From: Octopus sinensis
Lineage: Eukaryota
Length of the DNA: 64,000 nucleotides
Assembly: GCF_006345805.1 (NCBI RefSeq)
Contig: NC_043000.1
Location: forward strand, 25,792,001 to 25,856,000
Reading direction: 5' to 3'
Shown here one piece after another: positions 1 through 12,366 of this stretch. The notes beneath the pieces were generated by a model that had not been told where the DNA came from, made no database searches, and saw only the letters and a program-made list of their open reading frames with translations. The translations under genes were made by a program, and so were the position numbers. Numbering within the stretch: the stretch's first letter is position 1; the number at the start of each line of letters is the position of its first letter.

Positions 1-642
1 ACACATATATATATATAATACATGTATATAAATTAGAGAAGAACCAGCATGAAGCAATTCAACAATGATATACTTAAATCACACCATATAGAAAAAAATT
101 AAAGATACGATAAAACATTTACCTAAAACTAAATAAAGTACTAAATAACCATATGGAACCATATGGTTGGCAGGCAAGCTTCCTACCACACAGACACGCC
201 TGTATATATATATATGTGTGTAATCAACCCATGCCAGCATGGAAAATGGATGTTAAATGATGATGAAGTATTCATATACATTCTTTTAGTTGTAAAGTTA
301 CATAAGTAACTCGTGAACATAGAGTTTTGTGTATTGCAATTATCAACCCATACACACACATACATACATACATGATGGGCTTTCAAAAAGCTTCCATCTT
401 CCAATTTCACTCACAAAGCATCAGTCAAGACAAGACTTATAGCAGAAACCATTTACCCATGACGCCATACTGTGAGATCAAACTCAAAGTCACATGACTG
501 TGAAGTGAACTTAGTCACCCAATCATGTCTGAACTAGCATAATGATATAAATTTGAATTACTGCAATAACTTGTAGCAGGGATTTGAAAACTCAACTGCT
601 AGATAATTGGTCAGACACCACAAGTGAACCACTATAGTTTCA

Positions 643-1025
643 CATCATCATCATCAATTAATATTTGCTTTCCATGCTGGCATGGGTTGGATGGTTTGAC
701 TGAGGACTTGCAAACCAGATGGCTGCACCAGGCTCCAATCCGATCTGGCAAAGTTTCTAAAGCTGGATGCCCTTCCTAATGCCAACCACTCTGGGAGTGT
801 AGTGGGTGCTTTTTACGTGCCACCAGCACGAGGGCCAGTCAGGCAGCACTGGCCTCGACCACACTCGGATTGTGCTTTGGGGCTAGCCAGGCAGCACTGG
901 TATCAACCACACTCGAATGGTGCTTTAGGCGCCAGTCAGGCAACACTGGTATCGACCATGCTTGAATAGTACTTTTCATGTGTCACCGGAACGGGTGCCA
1001 GTCAGGCAGCACTGGAATCATCCAT
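643..1025 (-). mobile_element. 5'-truncated RTE-clade LINE 3' UTR fragment with (CAT)n tail
   Basis: Reverse complement of the 3' end seen attached to RT-coding sequence at 39545-40143 and 51540-53580 (GGAAGGGCATCCAGC, CCATGCYAGCATGG, GAT repeats). End coordinate approximate. Confidence 0.8.
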
Positions 1026-1564
1026 GATCAGTCTGTTAATTGACTAATCAGCATCAGGCTGTGGAATGATTTGGTTTTCTCAAATGTTCTTCTTTCACCC
1101 TTTAAAAGACCATTTTGTCTTTTAATTAATCACAGAATGTGACTGAGTGACATGCACCACCATTCTTTCCACACTGACGGTTCTAGACATTTGCACAGAC
1201 AGCCAAGAATCATTGTCACCACAGACATTTGTACAGTTGATGTCGTATATTTTTGGACCAACCGCATCTTGTAACATAGAAAGTTATCTATAATTTTAGA
1301 GCAGTCTGCCTCTCTGTCTCTCAGTCAGTAAACATTTATGTTGTTCATTGTAAATAGCTAACACTTAATATCTTTATGTCAGGCAATAAATATTTCAGTT
1401 AAATATTCACGAGTATACTTCAATTATTATTCATGCAGCCAAATATATCTTCATTTATTAGCTCCACACTGCACCAACCAAGCCACCATCACAACAAACT
1501 TGTTTAAGAAATCTAAGACATGTCATGCACCACCATTAAGGAACCAATAATAATAATAATAATA

Positions 1565-2056
1565 ATCATGTACATTGATTTGTCTTGGTATAAAAGATGG
1601 GTTACAGCAAATATTCTGCTCAATACCACAGTTTTGCTTGTCAGTTGTTTGACCATAACCAGTTGAGCATGTCCCTTAGTGGCTGACGATATCTGCATCT
1701 CTGATCACGAGCAGAAGTAGTGGGGGAGCATCATAGACATGTGTTGAGAAGGATTCTTTGGGGTTTGAATAATTCACCTCTGGAAAAATGAGTGATTCAT
1801 TCAACATCCTTAAACAACCCTTATTCAGGGACCTTTTGAGCGGGATGGGTTACTTGACCAGATAAAAATTCTAATTGGGCCCCACTTGCAAGGTCATGTG
1901 CTATTTATCTTGATATGAGATCACCATGTCGTGCACATATGGTTGTAATGCATGTGCCTGGTGTACCCTTATCAGACGGGTAGTCATGATGGGTATACTG
2001 GGCTTCGTATATTTTACCCCAGTGTCACTTTGATGGCACGCACTGCTCTCTCACTC
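1565..2056 (+). mobile_element. Dispersed repeat flanked by (AAT)n on both sides, probably a LINE 3' UTR
   Basis: Bounded by (AAT)n at about 1546-1564 and 2057-2083, the same context as the adjacent REL-LINE tails. No coding motif seen. Confidence 0.35.
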
Positions 2057-2084
<28 letters not shown>

Positions 2085-2087
<3 letters not shown>

Positions 2088-2345
2088 GGCAGAAATTCAA
2101 AAGATAGTGCTCATGGGAACTGCTGATATCCTACGCAAAATACTTTCTATGTAATCTCAAGTTTTAAAACAAACATAATTTTCTTATGGTTTCTTGAACA
2201 TTCCCTAGAACAACACTATGTACAAAACCAAATATATGGCACCCTAGGCATAACACCAACATGAACTTCCAACTTGTTGTCTCTTGAGGTCTCTGGGTGA
2301 GACTTGGAACCAACTTGTACAAATGTAAAGCAAAAGTCAAACATA
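2085..2345 (+). mobile_element. 3' end of a REL-endonuclease (R4/Dong/NeSL-like) non-LTR retrotransposon
   Basis: Encodes IQKIVLMGTADILRKILSM*, then a 3' UTR ending in AAT repeats; starts directly after an (AAT)n tract. Confidence 0.7.
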
Positions 2346-2357
2346 AAATAATAATAA

Positions 2358-2740
2358 TATCGACATAGCAGTGCAAAGAGATAAACATATTATCATGAAA
2401 GAAAGAGAAAATGTTGATAAATATGGAGACCTGAGAATTGAGATCGCTAAGATGTTGCAGCTACGCGAGTCAAACATAAAGGTTATCCCTATTGTCATCG
2501 GAGCATTGGGTTCAATACCACCCAATCTGAAAAAACATCTGAAGACCTTAGAAATACCCTACAATCTAGATGTACTGCAAAAGTTGGCATTACTTGGAAC
2601 TGCAAGCATATTACATAAAGCACTGTCTGTCTGAGGTCCTTGTTGTGACTTGACAAACAGTGCAAACCCCCAGTAGACACAATATCTTCAACCAACAACC
2701 CCACGATATTGTATACTGTGCGATGTCTATAATAATAATA
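2358..2740 (+). mobile_element. 3' end of a REL-endonuclease non-LTR retrotransposon (second family)
   Basis: ORF 2371-2634: KYGDLRIEIAKM...VIPIVIGALGSIP...LQKLALLGTASIL, typical of the C-terminal restriction-like endonuclease region; ends in (AAT)n. Confidence 0.8.
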
Positions 2741-3069
2741 ATAATAATAACAATAATAATAATAATGATAATAATAATCAACTTACAGACAACGTCTGCA
2801 GCAGTATCTCCACCTTCTTTGTTGTCAATTCCATCATACAGGGACATTGTGGAAACACATTGATAGACTGAAATGAAAAAAGAGAAAGAAGCTAGCATGA
2901 AAAGTTACCAATTTGGTTTTAACCCTTTAGAATTTAAACCAGCCATATCCTCCCAAAATATTCTTGTTTTATGTTCCCAACAGCCAGATCTGGCCTCTCA
3001 CACCTACTCTACAATGCAAACAATCACATATTTGAAATCTCAAAACAAGATAATACTGCATGGGTAATT

Positions 3070-3372
3070 AAAAACATGGGCCTTCACGGAGGCAATGACC
3101 AAGACCTTTGGCATTATGTTGAGTTTGAGAAGAAGATCCATCATGCCAAGCAAATCGCAGCTGTGGCAGATATCAGTGTCACGCGAATGGCACCTGAACC
3201 AGTGGCACGTAAAAGCACCCAACGACTCTCAGAGTCGTTGGCATTAGGAAGGGCATACATCCATAGAAAACCATGCCAAATCACACTGGAGTCTGGTGCA
3301 GCCTTCCAGCCCTGGTCAAACAGTCCAACCCATGCCAGCATGGGCAACGGACATTAAATGATGATGATGATG
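3070..3372 (+). mobile_element. RTE-clade LINE 3' fragment with (GAT)n tail
   Basis: Matches the ORF end and 3' UTR of 51540-53580. Confidence 0.75.
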
Positions 3373-3609
3373 ATTTGACAGTAATCCGAGCACTAAAAGG
3401 TTAAATCCCAATAGCTAAATCTCAAGGCTGTTTAATCCTCAGTGAAAGTAGCCTCAATTTATTTTATATAATAAAGGTCCACAAAGATGCTTTGTCATTG
3501 CTATTTTTATTTCTTTCCCACCCCACACCAATCATGACCCTTCCCTCTCTTCTAAAATGTAAGTTACCATGTAGCTCCTCCACAAGAAGAAATCATTTCT
3601 ATTCTAACC

Positions 3610-4012
3610 CCTTCTTAATTCTTTACTGCCCACAAGGGGCTACACATAGAGGGGACAAACAAGGACAGACAAAGGGATTAAGTTAATTACAATGACCCCA
3701 GTGTGTAACTGGTACTTAATTTATCAACTCCGAAAGGATGAAAGGTAAAGTCAACCTCGGCGGAACTTCAACTCAGAACATAACAGCAGATGAAATACCT
3801 ATTTCTTTACTACCCACAAGGGGCTAAACACAAAGAGGACAAATGGATTAAGGTGATTTAGTCGACCCCAGTGCATAACTGGTACTTAATTTATCGACCC
3901 CGAAAGGATGAAAAGCAAAGTCGACCTCGGCGGAATTTGAACTTAGAACGTAGCGGCAGACGAAATACCGCTAAGCATTTTGCCCGGCGTGCTAACGTTT
4001 CTGCCAGCTAGC
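3610..4012 (-). mobile_element. Two adjacent or nested tRNA-derived SINEs (family B)
   Basis: Head GGCTAGCTGGCAGAAACGTTAGCACGCCGGGC on the minus strand; GAAAGGATGAAAGGCAAAGTCGACCTCGGCGG-type core present twice. Confidence 0.8.
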
Positions 4013-4302
4013 CCCTTCTATCATACCTGAACCCTCGTTTCCTAGCATAAAGCTGCCTCTCTCGGGGTTCATTGTCTTGCAAGCTGTATGGTGACCTCAC
4101 TAATGCTGGAGACACCAAAACAGCACCCAGTGCATGCTGTTGAGTGATTGGTGTTAGAAAAGACATCCAGTCATAGAAACAAAGCCAAAGTAGGCAGTAG
4201 AGTATGATGCAACCCTTGACTTCATTGGATCCTGTCAAACCGTCCAACCCATGGAACAATGTGGCTGATGAATATTACAATAGGCACAGTGTAACAACTT
4301 AC

Positions 4303-4317
4303 CAGACCTTCAAAGCC
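4303..4317 (-). other. Candidate 15-nt micro-exon (GGCTTTGAAGGTCTG)
   Basis: Minus strand reads tactctaattttag|GGCTTTGAAGGTCTG|gtaagt: branch-like CTAAT, AG acceptor and consensus donor. No transcript evidence. Confidence 0.3.
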
Positions 4318-4959
4318 CTAAAATTAGAGTAAACGAGGGCCATGAACAAAACGTGCTTCCCTTAGTGCTCAGATGTAATGATACCATCTGGGTTTAATTA
4401 AAAAATGAATTAATTTTTGTTACTTCTTAATTAAGTTGTTAAATGTTATACATACATGCATAAACGTATAGACAGATAGATAGATATCGTTTTTATAAAC
4501 TTGGGCTGTTTATATAAATGTTTACAAATAATTATACATATATGTCCTTTCAATATCATATAATTTTAACCCTTCAACAACTCAAAGGAATGTTCTGACG
4601 TGATAATTGTTCTAAATAATTATTTTTTTAAATACAACAAATTTTAGCGTATTTCTAATTCTCGGCAACAAAATCTCTCTGAAGTTTCCCAAATATTCAA
4701 GGTTCTAAAATAGATTTTAATTAAAAAGAATGCGATGAGATGATGATGTAAAATGAAAATGTGATCGAAGGTTTTGCCAAACATGACAAGACATTCACTC
4801 AAAGAAGCCGGTCGAATCGATCTTTTAACTTGCATTTTTAATAAATCGGATCTATTATAACATTTATATTTATAAACAGTTTTTCACATATATGCCAAAT
4901 ATTGGTTATTTATGATAGAAAGAGTAAATAAACCAAATAAACATGTTTCAAAAAATAAA

Positions 4960-5060
4960 TCCCAACTCACGGACAAGTGTTCACTTCCCAGAGCACCGGT
5001 TATACCGGAAGTCACTTAATAATTACGGAGTAAATGTTAATCGCCGTGAACGAAAATAAT
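4960..5060. promoter_or_regulatory. Candidate CpG-containing promoter with inverted ETS cores
   Basis: Local CpG enrichment in non-repeat DNA; CACTTCC...CCGGTTATACCGGAAGT; minus-strand GTGAGT donor at 4970-4965. Confidence 0.4.
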
Positions 5061-6162
5061 ATATTTAATATTTTTCGTGTTTTTCCACAGAAATACCTTA
5101 ATTATTTCAAAATAATAATTCGTAAATTAAGCGTTTATTGTTTCGGGTTTTATTCAATTATCATTAAATTCAAGAACTTTTAAACCAACTTAAATTTTCT
5201 GCGTTGTTCATTTATCTACAATCTGAAAAGAAAAAAAGTTTCATAAAATAATTTGTGTCAAATAAGTTAATATTTAAACATTTAACTTGGTTATTCTAAC
5301 GAACGAATACCAGCATTTAAAGTGTCTGAGGGTTTGCTTAATAGTAAAGTGTGGAATTATTTGCTTTAAAATATATAATTCAATGCCTAATTTTTCAAAT
5401 ATTGTCAAATATAATCGATATTTCTTTTAATTCATTGTATTGAGGAAGCACCAGCAAAATATTCTTTTCTAATCTAGGCACAAGAAATTTTGGGGGAGGG
5501 GGCCAGTTGATTAAATTGACCCCAGTACGCAACCAGTACTTAATTTATCGTCCTCGAAAAGATGAAAGGCAAAGTCGACCTCGGCGGAATTTGAACTCAG
5601 AACGTAAAGAAGCACCAGTAAAATATTGTAGCGATTTGTTTGTGTGCGCATATGTGGGGGGTGGGGGGAGAAAGAGAGAGGGGGTGATTTTTCGGCCTAA
5701 ATCCAGTTACATGGCTTTGTTCAGCTCAAAGATTTGGTAAAAGATGTTTACCCAAGACGATGAGGATGATAATGTATCCTTTATCTTCATTTAAGAAAAG
5801 CCTGCTCTTGAGCAGCTCCTTTAGAAAAGCAATAACCCAGCATAACCTCTTTAATTCAACCACTATATCAAAATTAATGCAGACAATCAATCTACTTTAA
5901 CACATAATGCACGACAGGCCATGATCATGGCCGTCAAGCACAGATTGACAGGCCCCAATCATGGCCCAGATGGATGCATTTAATTTATGGGCGTTTGTTG
6001 GGGTCTAATGTCATTCAAACTCTCCAATACCCCTCAGAATGCAAGAGGACTAATAGTTCAACTAATGACTTTTCAGATGATGTAAAACTTGCCACCATTA
6101 ATATACTAAGAAGATATTTTAACTATTTTTTTGTTTTTTATGTGTGCATGGTAGTCTCATCA

Positions 6163-6440
6163 TTATCATCGTTTAACATCTGCTTTCCATGCTAGCATGG
6201 GTTGGACGATTTTGACTGAGGGCTGGCAAACCAGATGGCTGCAGCAGGCTCCAATCTTGATCTGGCAGAGTTTCTACAGCTGGGTGCCCTTCTTAACGCC
6301 AACCACTCCAAGAGTGTAGTGGGTGCTTTTTATGTGCCACCGGCACAGGGGCCAGTCAGGCGGTACTGGCAATGACCTCGCTTGAATCTTTTTACACATG
6401 CCACTGGCACAGGTGCCAGTAAGATGACGTTGGTAACAAC
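6163..6440 (-). mobile_element. RTE 3' UTR fragment
   Basis: Same family as 643-1025. Confidence 0.8.
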
Positions 6441-6809
6441 ATTTTCATAAAATGTCCTAAGCAGTCCATGCTGTGTGAGTGCAAATTCCAGCACTTTATG
6501 GGTTAAACCTTGAAAAGGAAATTGTGAAGATCTGGAAATATAGGTTTCAAATTTTGGCACAAGTCCAGCAATTTCAGGGAGTGAGGTGAGTCAATTGCGT
6601 TGACCCCAGTGTTTCACTGGAACTTATTTTATCAACCCTGAAAGGATGAAAGGCAAAATCAACCTCAGTGGAATTTGAACTCAAAACATAAAAATGGAAG
6701 AAATGCTGCGAAGTGTTTTGCCCAGTATGTTACCGATTCTGCCTGCTCACTGCCTTAAGGTTTGGAAATATTGAATGTGGATTCAAGAACTTTATTGTTC
6801 CAAACTTAC

Positions 6810-6860
6810 TGTAAGAGACTGATATAAAAATATGAAGAATATGGAATAACAAAGATAGTA
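6810..6860 (-). other. Candidate 51-nt internal exon
   Basis: gtgttccag|TACTATC...CTTACA|gtaagt; open in all three frames; product not recognised. Confidence 0.25.
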
Positions 6861-6934
6861 CTGGAACACAGTCATGTATTTAATGAAACATGCATAAAAA
6901 AACCTGTTTCCCGAATTTGTATCTTTTATCTTTT

Positions 6935-7137
6935 ATCTTTTACTTGTTTCAGTCATTTGACTGTGGCCATGCTGGAGCACCGCCTTTAGTCGAGCAAATC
7001 GACCCCAGGACTTATTCTTTGTAAGCCTTGTACTTATTCTATCGATCTCTTTTGCCGAGCCGCTAAGTGACGGGGACGTAAACACACCAGCATCGGTTGT
7101 CAAGCAATGCTAGGGGGACAAACACAGACACAAACAT

Positions 7138-7230
<93 letters not shown>

Positions 7231-7280
7231 GACGGGCTTCTTTCAGTTTCCGTCTACCAAATCCACTCACAAGGCTTTGA
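6935..7280 (-). mobile_element. tRNA-derived SINE family A, head missing
   Basis: Reverse complement of the body of complete copies at 24965-25380 and 60344-60757; internal (TA)n. Confidence 0.8.
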
Positions 7281-7289
7281 TATACATAT

Positions 7290-7740
7290 CATCATCATCA
7301 TCATCGTTTAACGTCCGTTTTCCATGCTAGCATGGGTTGGACAGTTCGACCGGTGTCTGGGATGCCAGGAGGCTACACCAGGCTCCAATCTTATCTGGCA
7401 GTGTTTCTACAGCTGGATGCCCTTCCTAATGCCAACCACTACATCAGTGTAGTGGATGCTTTTTACGTGCCACTGGCACAGGGGCTAGAGGATGCTGGCA
7501 ACAATCACAATCAGATGGTGCTTTTTACGTGCCACCCGCATGGATGCCAGTCAAGGCGTCGCTGGCATTGGCCACATTTGGATGGTGCTTTTTACGTGCC
7601 ACCAGCATGGGTATCACAACTACAATTTCCATTTGATTTTTATTTTGATGTTGATGTACTTGACTCAATAGGTCTCCTCAAGCACAGCAGGTCACCCTAC
7701 GATCCAAGGTAAGCACAGCAGGTTGTCCTGCAAGCCACAA
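7290..7740 (-). mobile_element. RTE 3' UTR fragment with internal tandem units
   Basis: (CAT)n tail, CCATGCTAGCATGG, repeated TGCTTTTTACGTGCCAC units. Confidence 0.8.
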
Positions 7741-8167
7741 ACTCACTATATATATATATAATATATATATATATACACTGTCTGGTTTAAAAAGCCACAT
7801 CAGATGCCAAGTGGTGGTCAGACTCTGCATAAGGAGTAGACAACCACCATGTATGGTGTGTTTGTGTGTGTGTGTGTGTGTATGTGCGTATATATCTTTA
7901 TATATATATATATATCATCATCATCGTTTAACGTCCATTCTCCATATATATATATATAAATATAAGAGTTCGGTTAAAGGTTAAATACCTCCTTAAGGGA
8001 TAATAAAATTCAACAAATATACCGGTTTTATTACCCATTATTATTCATCATCATCGTTTAACGTCCGCTTTCCATGCTAGCATGGAATATTGATTATTAT
8101 ATTCAATATTAAATATTGGATATTATATATTGAGTATAATATTGAATACTTTTACATATTAAATATT

Positions 8168-8326
8168 AGGTGCAGAAGTGGCTGTGTGGTAAGTAGCTTG
8201 CTTACCATCCACATGGTTCTGGGTTCAGTCCCACTGCGTGGCACCTTGGGCAAGTGTCTCCTTGAGCCAACCAATGCCTTGTGAGTGAATTTGGTAAACG
8301 GAACTGAAAGAAGCCTGTCGTATATA

Positions 8327-8389
<63 letters not shown>

Positions 8390-8850
8390 TACGCACTTCC
8401 TAACGCCAACCACTCTGCGAGTGCACCCACTACACTCGAGGAGTGGTTGGCGTTAGGAAGGCCATCCAGCCGTAGAAACACTGCCAGATCAGACTGGGCC
8501 TGATGCAGCCTTCTGGCTTCACAGACCCCAGTTGAACCGTCCAACCCATGCTAGCATGGAAAACGGACGCTAAATGATGATGATGATGATGATGATGATA
8601 TATATATATATATATATACATGTCTGTGTGGGTGTGGGTGGGGGGTGAGTGTGTGTCTGTATTTGTTCCCCCAACATTGCTTGACAACCGATGCTGGTAT
8701 GTTTACATTCCCATAACTTAGCAGCTTAGCAAAAGAGACTGATAGAATAAGTACTAGGCTTACAATGAATAAGTCCTGGAGTTGATTTGCTCGACTAAAG
8801 GTAGTGCTCCAGCATGGCTACAGTCAAATGACAGAAACAAGTAAAAGAAA
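8168..8850 (+). mobile_element. SINE family A interrupted by RTE 3' end fragments (about 8395-8600)
   Basis: tRNA-like head at 8168; SINE body resumes at about 8645 after a (GAT)n-tailed insert. Confidence 0.75.
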
Positions 8851-8880
8851 AAATATAAGAATATATATATAGAGATATAT

Positions 8881-9082
8881 AGTTAATCCAAACATGAACA
8901 AAGAGAAAACACAACAACGCGAGGACGTGGAACAAGTATAGTGTTATTGGACGCTCAGGAAAGGAAAGAAACAAGGAGGATCTAACATTTCAAGCGGAGC
9001 TCTTCGTCAGAAACATAGAAAATGGAAAGATCCAAGGAAGGGAAAACAGAAGAAGAAAATCGCCAACGGTACACACGTGGCC

Positions 9083-9085
<3 letters not shown>
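8881..9085 (-). mobile_element. Penelope-like terminal fragment with a decayed hammerhead motif (8982-9013)
   Basis: Minus strand: ttt CTGACGA A GAGC TCC GCTT GAAAT GTT aga. Confidence 0.45.
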
Positions 9086-9113
<28 letters not shown>

Positions 9114-9141
9114 TTATATATATATATATATATACTGTGAC

Positions 9142-9366
9142 GTCTGGGGAGAGTAATTCTCTTTTAGTGCCTTATTATTTAACACACTCACCGGTAAAAT
9201 TTCCACTTATTTCTTATTTTTATTTTCCTATTGCGAGTCAAGACTATTGAAAAGGTTGCAAGATGGAACGAAAATTGTAGGAAAATAAAAATAAGAAATA
9301 AGTGGAAATTTTACCGGTGAGTGTGTTAAGTAATAAGGCACTAAAAGAGAATGACTCTCCCCAGAC
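9142..9366. mobile_element. Foldback or MITE-like element with 89-bp arms
   Basis: 9142-9230 is a near-perfect reverse complement of 9278-9366; 47-bp spacer. Confidence 0.75.
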
Positions 9367-11296
9367 ACAACAGAATATGCTTCAACACACGAACTCATAT
9401 AAAGAACCTTGCAAACCAAATCAAAAAACGAAATGGCACCTGTGTCGGTGGCACATAAAATCAGCCACTACACTCTCGGAGTGGTTGGCGTTAGGAAGGG
9501 CATCCAGCTGTAGAAACACTGCCAGATCTGACTGGCCTGGTGCAGCCTTCGGGCTTGCCAGACCCCAGTTGAACCGTCCAACCCATGCTAGCATGGAAAG
9601 CGGACGTTAAACGATGATGATGATGATGATGATATATATATATATATATATGATGGTCCAAAGAGGCTAGAAAATATGAGTATTTCCAATGTAGCACTCA
9701 ACCTGGGTAGACCTCAAAGCTATCTGCTCTCTTGTATTGGAATCTCAAAGAAGATTAAAATTCTACAAGCGAAAAAATTCAGATATGACACTGGTAAATC
9801 CAATGTGTGGGTCTAGTGAAGAGTAAAATATAATCCAAATAAGAAAACAAATAAAGAGCTTAACACATCTTTAATGGCTATTTACAAATGTTTCAGTACC
9901 ATGTGAAAAAGTTGCATAATATTTTCTCTTAAACATTAGAATAGCGCTTCTTCAGACCTGCCTCAAACTTACTGTTATTTGCTCTTACATTGTGGGTATG
10001 TGCCTGAAGATTGCACTGAGACACCAGACGTGTTAAAAAGTACTGTCTGGCATGCTTTCATTTCATGAAGCTAATAGTAGCACTTAAAAACATATATTGT
10101 GCTTACTAAATAATATTTATCTCTCACCTGGTGGAGTATTTTTTAGTTTCACAAGAGCTGGCCAGACAGAAGCCTGCACCAGACTTCTGTAACTGTTTTG
10201 GCAGGATTTTTATAGCTGGATGCCCCTTCTAACACCAACCACTCAACAGATATACATATATCATACACGCCAGCTCAATTTGATTCATTCACAATCGGAT
10301 GACACCTGTTATTATATTCTTGTTTGTATTTGTAATTGTGTACCATGTTCTCCGTTTTTTTGTCTTTGTTGCTGCACACATTCGCTAGCTTTCTTACAAA
10401 AAAAATCTAATGCTCTTAGCTTAGACTTTTTCGGGGCCAACGAGATCGAACTGTCTCAAGAGTAACTGCCCGAAACAGTAAGGACTTCTGGTAACTTGAC
10501 TGAGGAAAGAAGGCGACGAATGACCTGTTTTTTTTTTGGCTTTCCTTCTAATTGTTCCTTCTCCTGTCTGCCTTTGTGTCGCCTATCTGTCCGAATGTTT
10601 TGTTGTCCTCTATTGCATTTTTGTTCCATTATATATATATATATATAAAGATATCACTTAAACATCACAATACTAGGAACCTGGTGTTAGCACTTAATGT
10701 ACATATGCTTCAGGTGAAATATTAGCAAGTTTAGAGCATCACCATCATCAACATCATTTAACTTCTAATTTCTATGCTGGCATGGATTGGATGATTTAAC
10801 AGGAGCTGGCTAGCCAGAGGACTGTGCCAGACAATCCAGTCTGCTTTGGCGTGGTTTGTACAGCTGGATGCCCTTCTTAATACCATCCACTTTACAGAGT
10901 GTACTAAGTGCTTCATATATGGCACCAGCACCAGTGAGGTCACCGGGTAATATACAAGATAAAGACCCCTCACATGAGGAAGGAGTAGTAACAAGTGAGG
11001 GGGAATTGTGCCAGGTGATGAGAGGTTAAAGTTTGACAAAAAGATGCCAACAGGTATTTTGCTGTAGAGGAGAGGCATAGCTACTCCAGTTAGAGGAGAG
11101 CAAGAGAGAAAATGGTAGTGAAGATGTACTAGGGTGCACCCTCAGGGCACAGAGAGGTGAATGCAAGTGGGAGTGGTAGAGAGGACTGGACAGAGTGAGA
11201 GTATAACTAGATCGTGAGACTGTAAAAGGGGAGTAGGAAATAAAGGGAAGGGGAGGAGGTATGTAGTGAGAAGTAAACATGGATATATATATATGT

Positions 11297-11526
11297 TTCT
11301 TTATTGCCCACAAGGAGCTAAACACAGAGAGGACAAACAAGGACAGACAAACAGGTTAAGTCGATTACATCAACCCCAGTGCATAACTGGTGCTTCATTT
11401 ATCGACCCTGAAAGGATGAAAGGCAAAGTCGACCTCGGCGAAATTTGAACTCAGAACGTAACGGCAGACGAAATACGGCTATCCATTTCGCCTGGCGTGC
11501 TAACAATTCTGCCAGCTCGCCGCCTT
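11297..11526 (-). mobile_element. Complete SINE family B with 19-bp TSD
   Basis: AGAAGTAAACATGGATATA at 11269-11287 and 11527-11545; tRNA-like head on the minus strand. Confidence 0.9.
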
Positions 11527-12249
11527 AGAAGTAAACATGGATATAAAGGGAGCAGCAGGATAGCAATGATATAGCTGGTGGGGATGGGGGGACAAGAGAG
11601 AGAGAGAGCGTAGTGCATAATGAGATGGAGTTTGGTTCACTGGGAGAAGTGGGTAGATGAATTTAATATATTAGTGGAGAGCACATGACTCACAGCACCT
11701 CCAGATCTCTGTTTCATTGAGGTGGGTATGTATTCTGAAGACCCTCATATTGCCAGGCAACTCAATCCATTGTCATCTCCTCCATGTGGCTTTAACATCT
11801 TCAGAATATAATATGAAATTAAATAAATGACAATGGAGTGGGAATTCCTTAATACACTTCATTGGCTTACAGTTGTTTCTGTTACAAGATGGATGCAGTG
11901 TATGCAGAGCTGAGCATTTCTGCATCACTTTGTAGCTTCATTGGAACTTTGAAAAAGTAAATGAATAAATAAAAGCATTAGGAAGGGCATCCAGCGAGAT
12001 CAGATAGGGGCCTGGTGCAGTCTTCTGGCTCGCCAGCCCTCAAACTGTCCAACCCATGCTAGCATGGAAAGCAGACATTAAAAGATGATGATGATGATGT
12101 TGATGAAAAGCTCTGAGGAAGCTATAAGGTGATGCACAAGCACACAATGCTAAGTGTACAGCATAGTGGAAACAGCTGTAAGCTAACGAAATTGGTGACA
12201 TAATTTCTGTTCCTTTTCATATATATATATATATTATATATATATATAC

Positions 12250-12282
<33 letters not shown>

Positions 12283-12295
12283 CATACATATATAT

Positions 12296-12329
<34 letters not shown>

Positions 12330-12366
12330 ATATATATATAATATATATATATATTATATATATATA

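Noticed and set aside
4644-4835. 63-aa ORF next to the promoter-like patch
   Set aside because: No recognisable homology or splice donor; could be intronic or UTR sequence.
10430-10485. GAAACAGTA resembling the 3' half of a hammerhead
   Set aside because: No CTGANGA core upstream at a usable distance.
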